DNA from: Paragordius varius
Taxonomy: Eukaryota > Animalia > Nematomorpha
Assembly (NCBI GenBank): GCA_964247055.1
Contig: OZ176056.1
Location: 8,494,001-8,558,000 of the forward strand
Length of the DNA stretch: 64,000 nucleotides
Direction of reading: 5' to 3'
Shown here: in pieces, positions 24,291 through 35,913 of the stretch
Layout: each line of letters starts with the position of its first letter
Numbering within the stretch: the stretch's first letter is position 1
Notes under the pieces: model-generated
What the model saw: only the letters and a program-made list of their open reading frames with translations
Databases searched by the model: none
Told to the model about the DNA's origin: nothing
Made by a program: the position numbers and the translations under genes

Positions 24291-27200
24291 TTTAACTAAT
24301 TTCTCACTTTTTTAACAAACTTTAAATAATTTTAAATAATTTTAGTGTATTTTTAAGAAACTTTAAAACCATTTTTTTACTTTTTTTGAACCACCTTAAG
24401 TCATTTTATGTAAGAAAAAATAGAAGACACGAAAAGAAGGCGTGATATCAATTATACGCCCGAAAACCCAAAACCAATTTGTTGTACATAATTTATATAC
24501 TAGGAATTTTTTAAAGGAGGGGTGGTCAACAAGCGGCTCCTTAAATATTGAGGCTGCCGCGAGAAATTTATATACAAGTTTTTAAAAAATTTAAGGAAAA
24601 TTGAATATCTTAAACAAATTTTCTGAATAAATTTTTCCGGAATTTTGGCAATTTCCTAAAAAAAATGATAACAAAATAGTGGTTTTTACAGTATCATTTA
24701 TAATATCTAATAAAATGTTAGATAATGCCCATATATTTAGCCAATGACGCCCGCTAAGCCATAGAATATGAATTTATTTTTTAAGAAATTAAATTTTATA
24801 GGACAAGCATGCACCTAAAAAATAATAACATAAGTTCACCTTTATATGTTAACACTTCCTCTCCATTATCAAAAAATTTTTACAAAATTTTAGAGAAAGA
24901 AATTCAATGCTAAAATATTTTACCAAGAGCTATAATTTATGTAAAATTATTTTAAATTGGAAGGATATTTTAGATTTCAAAACAAGCAAGCATCTAAATA
25001 ATTATAACATATGTTCACCTTTCTATTTCATCTTCCTCAAACAAATGCAAAAAAAAATTTTAAAAGATCAAGAAACCCACTTGTTAGCAATATAGTATCA
25101 TAATTAGACATCTATTTAGTTTTTTTTAAAAAATGGATAATAATAAAATATTACTAGGTTTGTGTTAAAATTTGCCAGATAGAATGGCCAAGTAAATGGC
25201 TAATAGCAAGAAAAAATTCTTTTTGAAGTTAATAAATGTTCCTTATCATTCGTATCTGGCAATATTTTAATGCAAACCCAGCAATGCATTTGTAATTATA
25301 CTGTATATATATAAAACATGCAAAACTTACATATATTGTTTGATCAGAATTGTATTAAAACGTATTTTCCCATTTCAGTCGTATAATATCAACCATGTTT
25401 CCAATACTTTGTCGTTTTATTGTGGTCGATTGTTTCCAAGATTTGGTTGGAGAGTTTCCTTTTTTCAATTAACAATAGTATTCTAATGATTAAGTATAAA
25501 CAATTTACCTTATTATATAGTAATGGCAATACATTGTATAGCTGGAGAGATCAAGACATGACAAGGGAAGTTGCATATGCACCCAATCTATCCACCCATT
25601 TCAAAAAATGTGCGAGGAAAAAAAAATTAAATAAATGAAAAAAAAAATAAAATTTTCGCCCTTTATATAGGGCATAATGTATATGTTATCTTTTTATCCA
25701 ATCAAATTAATGTGTGCATTTGCGCCTTTTTTCCCCCTTCTGGAAAAATGTTTCACATTCTTTTCCCTCTCTTTATTGCGCAACATTGTTTGGGCGCCTC
25801 TATTTTATTATTATTCCCTCCCCCCCCCCATGTGCACATTCCAATAAAACATATAATATTATATATGATTCATCATATCTAAAAATAATCCTTTTTATTA
25901 CAATAATGTTATTTGGCTGGCGCCTATAAAGAAATGTAAATAAAATTCGGAGAAAAATATGTTAAAAAAATATGGCAATAATATTTTAACAATCTTTATT
26001 AATATTAAATGAAAAATTTGAATTTATTTTCTTACTTAAATGTTTGATAAACAATTTGGTAAATATCAAAATTTATTAATTAATTAATTAATCTAATTTG
26101 TTTCAATATTAAAAAAAAATAATTTTTCATAGAGGTATTTAAGTTTTTACCGGTGTAATTTGATTAATATATTGGTTTATAATTTAGTGATCTTAGAATT
26201 TTTTTTCTAAAATAAAGCAGAATGTTTTTTAAGAAGTTTATAGATTATTATCTAAAGATTTATAATTATTTTAATTTTATGCTTTGTGCAATCATCTAAT
26301 ATCAAATTAATGTTAAAATCAAATACATCATATAATAAGCTTTCAACAACAAGAGCTCTGATTTTTTTGGATTTTCAATTCATTAAAATCCATCATCACA
26401 GATAATTTATTTAGGTAAAAGATATTCAAAGTGTGCTTACGATAATTACCAATATATAATGATTCTCTCTTAATTCATACTAATATATATATTAATTTTA
26501 AAATAGGAATCAACAAATAAGTTATTATTCTGTTTTAATTCAATTAAAAAATATGTAAATAAAATCGAAAATAAGTTATGTCCTGTGGGGATAAGGGTTA
26601 AAGTAAAAAGTTTGGTTTCAGTTTTTTAAACAGAAAGCTGAAAATCTGTTTTTCATTAAGAGTTATCTGAAACAAAATTTAAACTTTTTTATACCATAGA
26701 ACGATACAGAATATCTGGGAATTGCTAACTTAACATTTAATAACCTTTAAAAGTGTAAAAATTCTCAATTGAGAAATGGTTAAATCCTAACACAAAACTT
26801 TCTAAGCTTGCAATGTTAAATTCCCATCGTTCATGCGAAAATGTCTTTAGAATTAAGCAGTTATAAACAGTTTAATTTAAATATTAACTAATCTTTTAAA
26901 AATCAATCAAAAGAGTTTCTTCATTTAATAATTATGTATAACCACACGACAATAACATGAGCAAACTAAAAGATATCAATGTTGGATAAAAAAATAATTA
27001 ATTCGTTCATTTTTTTTAATAATTAGTTCCGGTTTTTAAAATCTGAATTGTAATCTTTTCAAACAGTTTAATCTAAAAGTTAATAAACAGTTCAATTAAA
27101 ATATTAACGAATCTTTTAAAAGTCAATCAAGGGAGTTTCTTCATTCAATAACTATATATAACCACACGGCAATAACATGAACAAACTAAAACACGATAAC

Positions 27201-27393
27201 AATGTTGGATAAAAAAATAATTAATTCGTTCATATTTTTTAATAATTAGTTCCGGTTTTTAAAAGCTGAATTGTAATCTTTTCAAACAGCAGACATTTAT
27301 CTTCTTTACTTTAATTGAAAAACCAATAAAAATCTTTGGTTATATGATTAAAAATATAAATCATTTCAATCTCTAGTTTATAGTATGATACTG

Positions 27394-27507
27394 TAAGGTT
27401 TCGACTTTGTGGGCTAGGGTTAGGGTGAAGGATTGGAGTTGGTTCATTTTTTTAAAGAAGTCCGCAGGACTTCCTCGGGCTGCGAAGCAGCCCGAGACCC
27501 ACGCATT
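27394..27507 (+). repeat. ~115-bp dispersed cassette: G-rich telomere-like tract plus two abutting hairpins
   Basis: GGGCTAGGGTTAGGGTGA(A/G)GG, then GAAGTCC-GCA-GGACTTC and CTCGGGCTGC-GAA-GCAGCCCGAG, ending ACGCATT. Copies at 35381-35495 (-), 50067-50180 (+) and 60571-60685 (-); truncated copies at 28257-28326 and 50924-50994. Confidence 0.85.
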
Positions 27508-29541
27508 ATCTTACTATTTATACCTTATATTTATAATTAATTTTTTACTTAAATACAAAGATTCCAATAAAAAATTATTAATAATACAGAGTTAGGTATT
27601 GAATTTTATTGGGAAATAATTGGAGATCCGTTCTAGTATTAGTAAATAAGAACAATGGATTAAACATTTTTTTTAGCTGTACTGCAAACATTACATAACA
27701 TGTTTACATTAATTTTTATTACCCAAATCCTTAATATATATCATATAGTTTAGGAATCCTTATTTTTAACTTCTTAATAAAAATTTTGTGTTAGGTACAA
27801 ATTGTCATTCTATATTCTGCTTATTGATTTAATCAGCTTTAGTTTGTACTTCATCTTAATTTAATCTATTTAAATTTTATATAAATTATAAAAAGATGTC
27901 TTTATTTGTATTTAAAAATTAAATCTTTGAAAAATAGGGCCTTATCCAAACTAGACCACCTATATTTAAAAATAAAAATTTAATTCGAAACATAGTTAAA
28001 TTTAAAACTTATTTCGTTTTTAATTATATATTAATAGCATTTTAAGTTTGATTCATTACTAATTTTAAAATTGATTAAGGTCCTAGAATTGAATTTAGGT
28101 ATCTGTAGGAAAAATTGTGCATTGCTCTAAGTTACATGGTTTGAAGAATAAAATGTCAAGTAAACGAATTATATATTTATTTCTATATGTGTAAGACTCA
28201 TTTCATATGTTTTTGGGATGAAATAACCCTAACCAACTCATATTTGGATAAACTTTAAGGCTTTCGACTTTGTGGACTAGGGTTAGGGTGAGGGATTGGA
28301 GTTGGTTCATTTTCTTAAAGAAGTCACCCTTCATCCAATTTAAAGAGGTTCATGAATATTATTTGCTAAATCTGTGTTTTCCTATTATAAATTTAATTAA
28401 ACTCACTATGACATCGCTTATATGTAAATATAAATAAATATTTTTATCAAACCTGGATACTATCGCAACAAAACCATTTATGAATTTAAATCGAAGAATT
28501 GTTTATAATATAGTATTTTCATCATAAATTCTTAATTCAAAATGGTGTTTTATACGAAAATAAATTTCCAGATTACGCAAATTAGTAGTAGAGGAAAATC
28601 AATGATATAAGCGTTCAGTCCGATATAAGGGATTGCAATTGTTTTAGGGTAAAAGAAGACTTGTAAGCAATAAAGTGCTTATAAAATTTAATTTTAAATT
28701 TTTCTAATAAATTTGATCAAAATAATTGTAAATATCGAAGTTAATACTCTAATATATATATATAAAATTACTAATGATGGATAAGAGGATTTGATTTGTC
28801 AAAATACCTATGAATGTAAAATAGTTAGTTTAAAACCGAATAATATTAGTGAGCAAATCCTAAAATGATAAAATATGTTTATTGGAGAATGCATAAAAGT
28901 TAAAGTTTAATTAATTATAGTTATACTTACCCAAGGTATAATATACAAGAGGCATCAATACAATTTAAATATTAAATAGCCATATTATAAAAATTTATTT
29001 ATATTTTCATCTTTATCGGAGACAAAAATATTTTTTCATGTCATACCACATAAATAATTATATAAAAAAATCAACATTAACGATATAAGTTAATTTTATT
29101 TAACTAATTCCAAATTTTTTAATCCAAATTCATTTCTCTTTTGCTAGGTGGTATTCATACATACATAAATTCAAAAATTTGCTTCACGGTACAAAATTAC
29201 TCTTTCGGACAGAATGGTTCATTATATGCCTACTTTGTTTCGGAAAAGTTATGGCTTTTTGAATGCGTTTAGTTGAAAATATTTTACATTTTTCAATGGA
29301 TATCACAGAATTATGACAAACTAAAAACTTTAATTTGTTGTGGAAAGCAAATGTGAGCCTGATTCCGTATTAAATTTGGAAATTAACTCAAATTGTATGG
29401 ATCTTGCAGTGAGTAGCAAATATAATTGTTTATTTATTTTTGCGTTCTATTTTGGACTTTATATAAGGATTATTTTCTTTAAAAAACTTAAAATATATAC
29501 GCAAATTTTTATATATTTTTTTGTTTTGAGTATTATTTTAG

Positions 29542-29706
<165 letters not shown>

Positions 29707-29947
29707 TAACACATAATTCACATACACATAACATCATTTTTAAATATCTTTAACTGTTTTCTATCAGGTTTTTTTTAATTAAGCTTCAAATATTATATAA
29801 TTAATCATACACACAATATTCTATTGGATATATATATAATAAAATAGGTCAAAAATTAATAGGTTGCTTTTAATTTCGGGACGAATCATCTCAAAATTCC
29901 AAATTATCCCCATTTTTTATAATATTTTTAGGATAACAAAAACTCTT

Positions 29948-29980
<33 letters not shown>

Positions 29981-30175
29981 GGATAAACTTGAAAAGAATT
30001 GATTAAGTTTAATTGGGACTTTCGTAGATATTAAGTTTTTATACCACTGAATAGGTCATGTAATGGTAACAAAGTGATAAGAAGCACTATATGAAATTAT
30101 ATGTGATTAGAATTTCAAAATAGGTTATTTTAGATATATTTTGGTCAAATTTTAAACGAAACATATCGTATTTAA

Positions 30176-30840
30176 TGTCCACAGGGCATATTCTTGGGTT
30201 CTGCGCCAACAGTAGTCGATTAATTAACTTGCGACATCATAATATAGTGGGTCACATAAAACAAAACCTCCCATCCAATGCACGACTAATATCCGAAAAT
30301 CAAGCGCTGGACTTGTCAGGATAACGACCCGATCTCGTGGTGGCTCAACAAGTGCCTTATCATCGATCCAACTGTCACCCACGAGAACGGGCCCAACGCC
30401 CTAGATGAAGCACACAATATTAAGATAGAGAAGTATCGTTACCTCACAGTCTCACTTTCCGGCCAATTTGACGAGGTTTATATCATTTCAATCGTCGTGG
30501 GCGTACTTGGATCATGGCACTCCAAAAACAAGAGATTATTCGAAAAACATTAATATGAAAAATAAGGCTGAGATGAGAAAGGATATAGTCATCGACACCA
30601 TTAAATTTTCCTGATATATTCTTTGAATTTACCAGTGGTAGAAACTAAATCCCCTCCCTCCCGGAAACATCCACGTCCAACCTCATCCCACAGTCCCACT
30701 GCGCATCCGTAACACAATAAGGCTCAATTTGTATCAATATATCAATTCTGTCCATATGATCACCTATTTATATTCTTTTTAGCATGTTTTTTTATATTCC
30801 TTATATTTTTATTTTTATCAAAATAAATACACAAATCAAA
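30176..30840 (+). mobile_element. 3' stub of the same RLE non-LTR retrotransposon
   Basis: Near-identical to 22320-22980; starts at the knuckle His (TGHILGFCAN). Confidence 0.9.
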
Positions 30841-31845
30841 TTAAATACCCAAATAGTTAGAATTGAAAAGTTAAATATATTGTTTTGCTTTCGAAAAATA
30901 TTTTATGTTATAGTTTTAGGTTTTGTCATGTATATTTTCAATCTTTACAGTAAATAGGGTTAGAAATATAGAGATAAAAATTCCTTTGTGTACAATATAT
31001 TAGGAGGATTAACAAAATTAAAAAATCCACACTCCCAGAAATCGAGATCGAATACATATTGCCAAACGTGTGTTGAATATATAACCGAATTAAAAAATTA
31101 TGCCAATACTACTCTAATGGTATTTTTAGGATGCCTTATCCCATAGAAATCTTCAAAATAAAAATGACGCCATCTTACCATTTATAAACCCCGGGGAGAA
31201 CAGTAACAAACTTAAAAGATAAAAAGATCCAAAGACCCTATTGGTGACATTTAAAGCGCATGAATTACTAATTGCAAAAATATTAAGGATTAAACATTCT
31301 CGGCTAAAGCCGCTTTAAACTAATCTTATCAAATAACAAAGAATTAACATTTAAAATCAAACAGAAGTAGGTTGGCGATGAATTCCTACATTTGGTTCAC
31401 AAATACTTAAAAGACGTTGGAATTAAAACAACTGGTGATTTTACTATGTAAATAATACATATAAAAATAAATGAATACCAACAATATAATATTTTTTACT
31501 ACTCATACATTACTTTCGGCAATTTTGAATTAATAATGAAATTGATATCTAAATTACATCAAAATACATACGTTTAAAACTATAAGTATAATAATAAAAT
31601 GAAAGCTTATTTAAACTGTATTACATGCAATTATTAAAGAATATACAGTAGTTCTTTATAATTTTGCTTTGCAGGAATGTATCCATCTTGCTAAAATGTA
31701 GTTATGAATATTTTTAACGGACATTATTATAAATTGCAATTATTTATTTAATTTTTTCATTTTTTAAACATCACCTTTTGGAAAAAATATTAAAGCCCAA
31801 CACTAAATTAATAACCAGAAATAATTAAAACATATTATTTATCAA

Positions 31846-32027
31846 TTAGATTGGATAAGCATTTTCAAAATAAGTAATGTTTTTCCACTGTTTGGCACAT
31901 TCCTTTATCAAGGTATCACCGATCTTATACGATGCCAAAGTTGTGCCAGATATTTTGAACTGATATTGATTATCACTGCGGTTAAGAGCGGTCAATTTGT
32001 TGCAGGCATCATTAAAGTATTCATTGT
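31846..32027 (-). CDS. Candidate terminal exon of an unknown secreted-type protein (possibly the 3' end of the LRR gene), copy A
   Basis: caag|182 nt, open to TAA: DNEYFNDACNKLTALNRSDNQYQFKISGTTLASYKIGDTLIKECAKQWKNITYFENAYPI*. Frame and length are conserved in copy B; two Cys and two N-x-S/T sites. Linkage to upstream exons was not established. Confidence 0.55.
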
Positions 32028-32904
32028 CTTGTATATTATATGTATATATATATATATGTTAACCTCGCTCTCATAATCAAATGCTCAATTCCTTAAAAAA
32101 ATCCTATATTTTGTCTTAACTATCAGAAAAATTATTTGAATAATACATTTAAAATTAATTAGTTTGCTTATATGAAGGTATACAATTCAAACTAGCATAT
32201 ATCTTAAAACTATTCTCATGAACCTTAAATTATAAGATAAGAAAGACAACGCGTAAAAAAAATTATTTTCCACATAAATTGCTTTTACAAGATTTATATA
32301 ACATATAATATGTTAATATTGTAATTGATAAACGAGTGTAAATAAAGTAATAATGATAAAAAAAATTGACACAGCTCGACAACTTAACAATTGAATGGTT
32401 AGAAGTTTAAAACTTAGAGTATACAATTTAGTGCAAACCTAAGAGTCGCAATCAGCCTCTTTTTGAAACCGTTTTAAACATAATAAAAACCCAAAATTAG
32501 GGACCAAACGTTTCAGGTGGCCATAACATTTAGGAAAAAAAAGTTTTTATAACTTTTGGGGGAAAATTAAAAACTCTAAAAAAGATTGAGAAGCACTGCA
32601 GCGAAAAATGAAACGGTCCAGCAAAATGGTCGGTTTCAGAATTTAATAAAGGAGCACTAAATGACCAACCTGCATTTTATGATTATTTTAAAATCTTACT
32701 AATAGAGGAAGAAACAAATATTAGCATCCTAGAAGTTATACTATAAAATGTCATTGGTATATACCATTTACCTTAAATTCACCCTTAAACAATTCAAATT
32801 TACCCTATAAATATTCAAAAATTTAATATTACCTATATTTTTTTATATTTTTAAAAAATAAAATTTTTGTTTTAAATTAAAATAATGCTGAAAAAATAAT
32901 ATAG

Positions 32905-33514
32905 TAATTGAAAAACGCTATGAATCAAATTTATTGCTGTAAATGAATTGAAAATATATTATTGCATATAAAATGGTCAAATATTCTAATAACAATATAT
33001 ATAAAATTAAAGAATTAAAAGCAAGAATCAATTTTTTTATAATTACTTTTTACTATTTCACTAATTCAATATCTTGAGTTAACTATATAATCCGTCACTT
33101 TTTTCCCGTCAATAATCGCATCTTTTTCCTGTATACTGAAATTTCAAGAATTTTGCCCCTGAACATTACTACGTGTTTGGATGAGTTTTTTGGATCTAGA
33201 AAATTATTATAATTATCTAAGCGATTATATAAATATTGTTCGGTTAATAGTTGGATATTTTAATATTCCGTAAAGTGAATCCCTCATTCAAAATGTATTG
33301 CGTTGGTGGATAGCACTTGAATGTACTGGTCATTTAGAACAAAAAGATTTATAATTTTAAACATCATGTAAATGGTTATCTGATTTATATGAAGTTGTGA
33401 GTCACATGTGTTAATTTTAATTCTTCGACTGTGCATAGCAAAATAGATAATAAACAGAGCAAAATATTTATATATGCTAAGCAATTTGGCTGTTTTAAAA
33501 TATAAAGATTGCAT
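32905..33514 (-). pseudogene. Truncated LRR gene, copy A: shared 5' part (33251-33514) plus a divergent, stop-containing LRR-like segment (32905-33250)
   Basis: 33251-33514 is nearly identical to 58447-58711 (signal-peptide-like YFALFIIYFAMHS). The downstream 345 bp has no DNA match in copy B but translates, with frameshifts, to KILEISVYRKKDAIID, SNYKKLILAFNSL and LLEYLTI. Confidence 0.55.
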
Positions 33515-33724
33515 CTAATTTTAACATAACGTAAATAGTATAGTCTAAATTCTTTAAATATAAGGCTTAAAATGCGGCCTCCGTTTTATAAAGTTGCGAC
33601 CGTAAATATTATCCCGTCAGCAGACAGAACCGTCAATAATTCAAATATAATTGATTGAAAGCAACTATGATCGCAATCAGAAAAATATTTATAAGTAAAG
33701 GGTGTTGATAAACTCAAATTCGAA

Positions 33725-34370
33725 GGCTTGAGGCCTTCTTCTCAAATGGCAACAAGGGATGGGCACATGAATGAAACCAAGCAGCAAGGATTGCCGGATT
33801 GAAGGATTACGAGGTAAATATATTGTTTAGGTGTATTGGGAGAAACTTTATTGGGGAGGCGTTTACGACGGATCTGTGCAAAGGAGCTACTCAACCAGAA
33901 GCCCTGAATCGAGGTCCTGGACTTGGGAATGGCCTATCAATGGGATGACATATGGAAAAGAGGTAAACCTAATGTTTAGGTGGGATGGATGGCCTTTTGG
34001 GGATTCTTGAGACGGAGCTTGTCAAGCCAGCACTACCCCTGATGATCAAAACAAGCTACTTGGGAGCAGGCTTGGTTGTTGGATGGCGACTTGCTCGGAT
34101 CAAACAACACTGCTACCTGGAGGATGGCATTCTGTTGAATGCACAACAAACTCTCATTTTACTTGTGGAGAGTTTTTGGGCCAAATGACTCTCTAGTGGG
34201 AGAATATTTCCTCCTTTGGGGAAAATCAACTCTTGTTATTTTGAGAGAGTTGTTTTCTCCAAACGTGTGAAGGAGGAGGATTTATTTCGCCCATTAGAGA
34301 GTGAGTCAGGCCCCCAAGTCCAATATTTTATTTTGTGCACTCTTACTCCCGGACGCTCAAAAAATAATTT
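33725..34370 (+). pseudogene. C-type-lectin-like intronless pseudogene, copy A
   Basis: With one frameshift it reads ARIAGLKDYEVNILF...LYWGGV.DG...SWTWEWPINGMTY...LGCWMATCSDQ...GGWHSVECTTNSHFTCGE, matching the CTLD pattern LA.I...EN.FL / WIGL.D / W.W.DG / C / G.WND..C.....F.CE. In-frame TGA and TAG are present, and the first canonical Cys is not evident. Confidence 0.55.
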
Positions 34371-35754
34371 TGGACTTAGAATATTTTTTAATTTTTTTTT
34401 CTCGCCCTTTGGGGGGGGGGGGTTATATATATTTATTTATATTTTTAATTTATTTTCAAAAAATATAAGATAAAATAAACATTATTTATTGACAATAATT
34501 ATATATATTCATTTTTCTGTTTATTTTCATTCTTGTCTTGTTGGTTTATTCATGATGAACGTTTTGAGATTATGGTTTGATTGCATTCGTATTTTTGTTA
34601 TTCATGATCAACGTTTTAAGATGGTTTCATTGCATTAAATATGTATTTTCTGAATCTATAAAAATTAATAAACATTAGTTTTAGAGATTAAATTTTCAAT
34701 GTTATCATAACCTAATTTAAACTAGTAAATCAAATTTTAAATAATTTTTACAATTATTGTCAATTAATTAGCATCTAGAAATTATTAGGAGGTTTAGAGC
34801 ACTTATTTTTTATAAATTTTGACGTATGAGCCATTTATTTATATAATAAAATCTTTATTTTAAGATTTAGAGATATTAGCTGTAAACTAACTAATTTCAG
34901 CGGTTAATATTCAATATTAATTCTAAAATCACAATGATTAAAAATTTATTAAAGATGGATAAACCTATCCTTAATCTAAGAAATAAACCGACTTTAACCC
35001 TTAATCTAAGCCTAACCCACAAGTTTGAAAGCCTTTCATTGTTAACCTAAACCGCAATAAAATGAGTTTCAAAAAAATATTTTTATTCTTTTGAATAAAA
35101 TAATATCAGCTATTTACAAAAAAATAACTGTTTATAAATATGATCTTCTATTAATTTTGTGGTTTTTAAATAATATTCAGACATATGCGGACTCTTTTAC
35201 TTAGATATCAAATATCATAAAACAAACATAGTGTTAGGGTCAAAACAAATTTAGGAAGGCAATAATATCCTACCTATTATAAAATTATTTATTCAATGAT
35301 TGAAAAACAAGTATTTCATTCAATAATTAACTACAATGGGATCATTTTAAATAATTCCTCTTATCAATTAATTAAAAAGAAATGCGTGGGTCTCGGCCTG
35401 CTTCGCAGCCCGAGGAAGTCCTGCGGACTTCTTTAAGGAAATGAACCAACTCCAATCCCTCACCCTAACCCTAGCCCACAAACTCGAAACCCTAAAAGTT
35501 TTTTACCCCTTATTGTAAAATAAATTTTTGCTAAATACCTTAAAATCCCTACCATTAAAAAGCCATTGATCATGTGTTTAGTATGTTTATTACATGTAAA
35601 CCATAAAATAAAACAGTTTAATTAGCAATGTTTACTAGAAATCAAGAGAAAAGGCCATTCATTAAAAGCAAAAATATTTTAAGAATAAATGATCAAGAAC
35701 TATTACATGAAAACGAACATAATAGAAAGCATTTTCAATTACAATATCCATTTA

Positions 35755-35913
35755 AATGGTTGCTTATTTCATACCATAGTAGGGCAATTCTCAACACAGT
35801 AGTGTATGGAAAAACCATACAAAGACTTCAATAAACCATTATTTTCTTCCTTTTTTCCATACAGTACTGTTGTGTTGCAATTTGCCTTACTATTATAGAA
35901 ATAAGCAACCATT
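35755..35913. mobile_element. Complete small palindromic MITE (TIR AATGGTTGCTTATTTC)
   Basis: AATGGTTGCTTATTTC ... GAAATAAGCAACCATT, with internal inverted CAGTAGTGTATGGAAAAA / TTTTTCCATACAGTACTG. Duplicate at 60942-61100. Confidence 0.8.

Noticed and set aside
28923-28931. ATACTTACC, the 5' end of U1 snRNA
   Set aside because: The following sequence does not continue as U1 (no stem-loops or Sm site). It is simply the reverse complement of a GGTAAGTAT donor-like motif.
33814-33979. Two look-alike 17-nt GT-AG blocks (33814-33830 gtaaatatattgtttag; 33963-33979 gtaaacctaatgtttag) suggesting Stentor-like tiny introns
   Set aside because: Removing the second leads to a stop within about 20 codons, whereas keeping it preserves the frame into the lectin C-terminal motif. 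The first is explained equally well by a 1-nt deletion. Both translate as similar coding text (EVNILFR / EVNLMFR).
35457-35477. Interstitial telomere
   Set aside because: Only one exact TTAGGG unit among variant hexamers, always embedded in the same 115-bp cassette; reported as part of that cassette instead.
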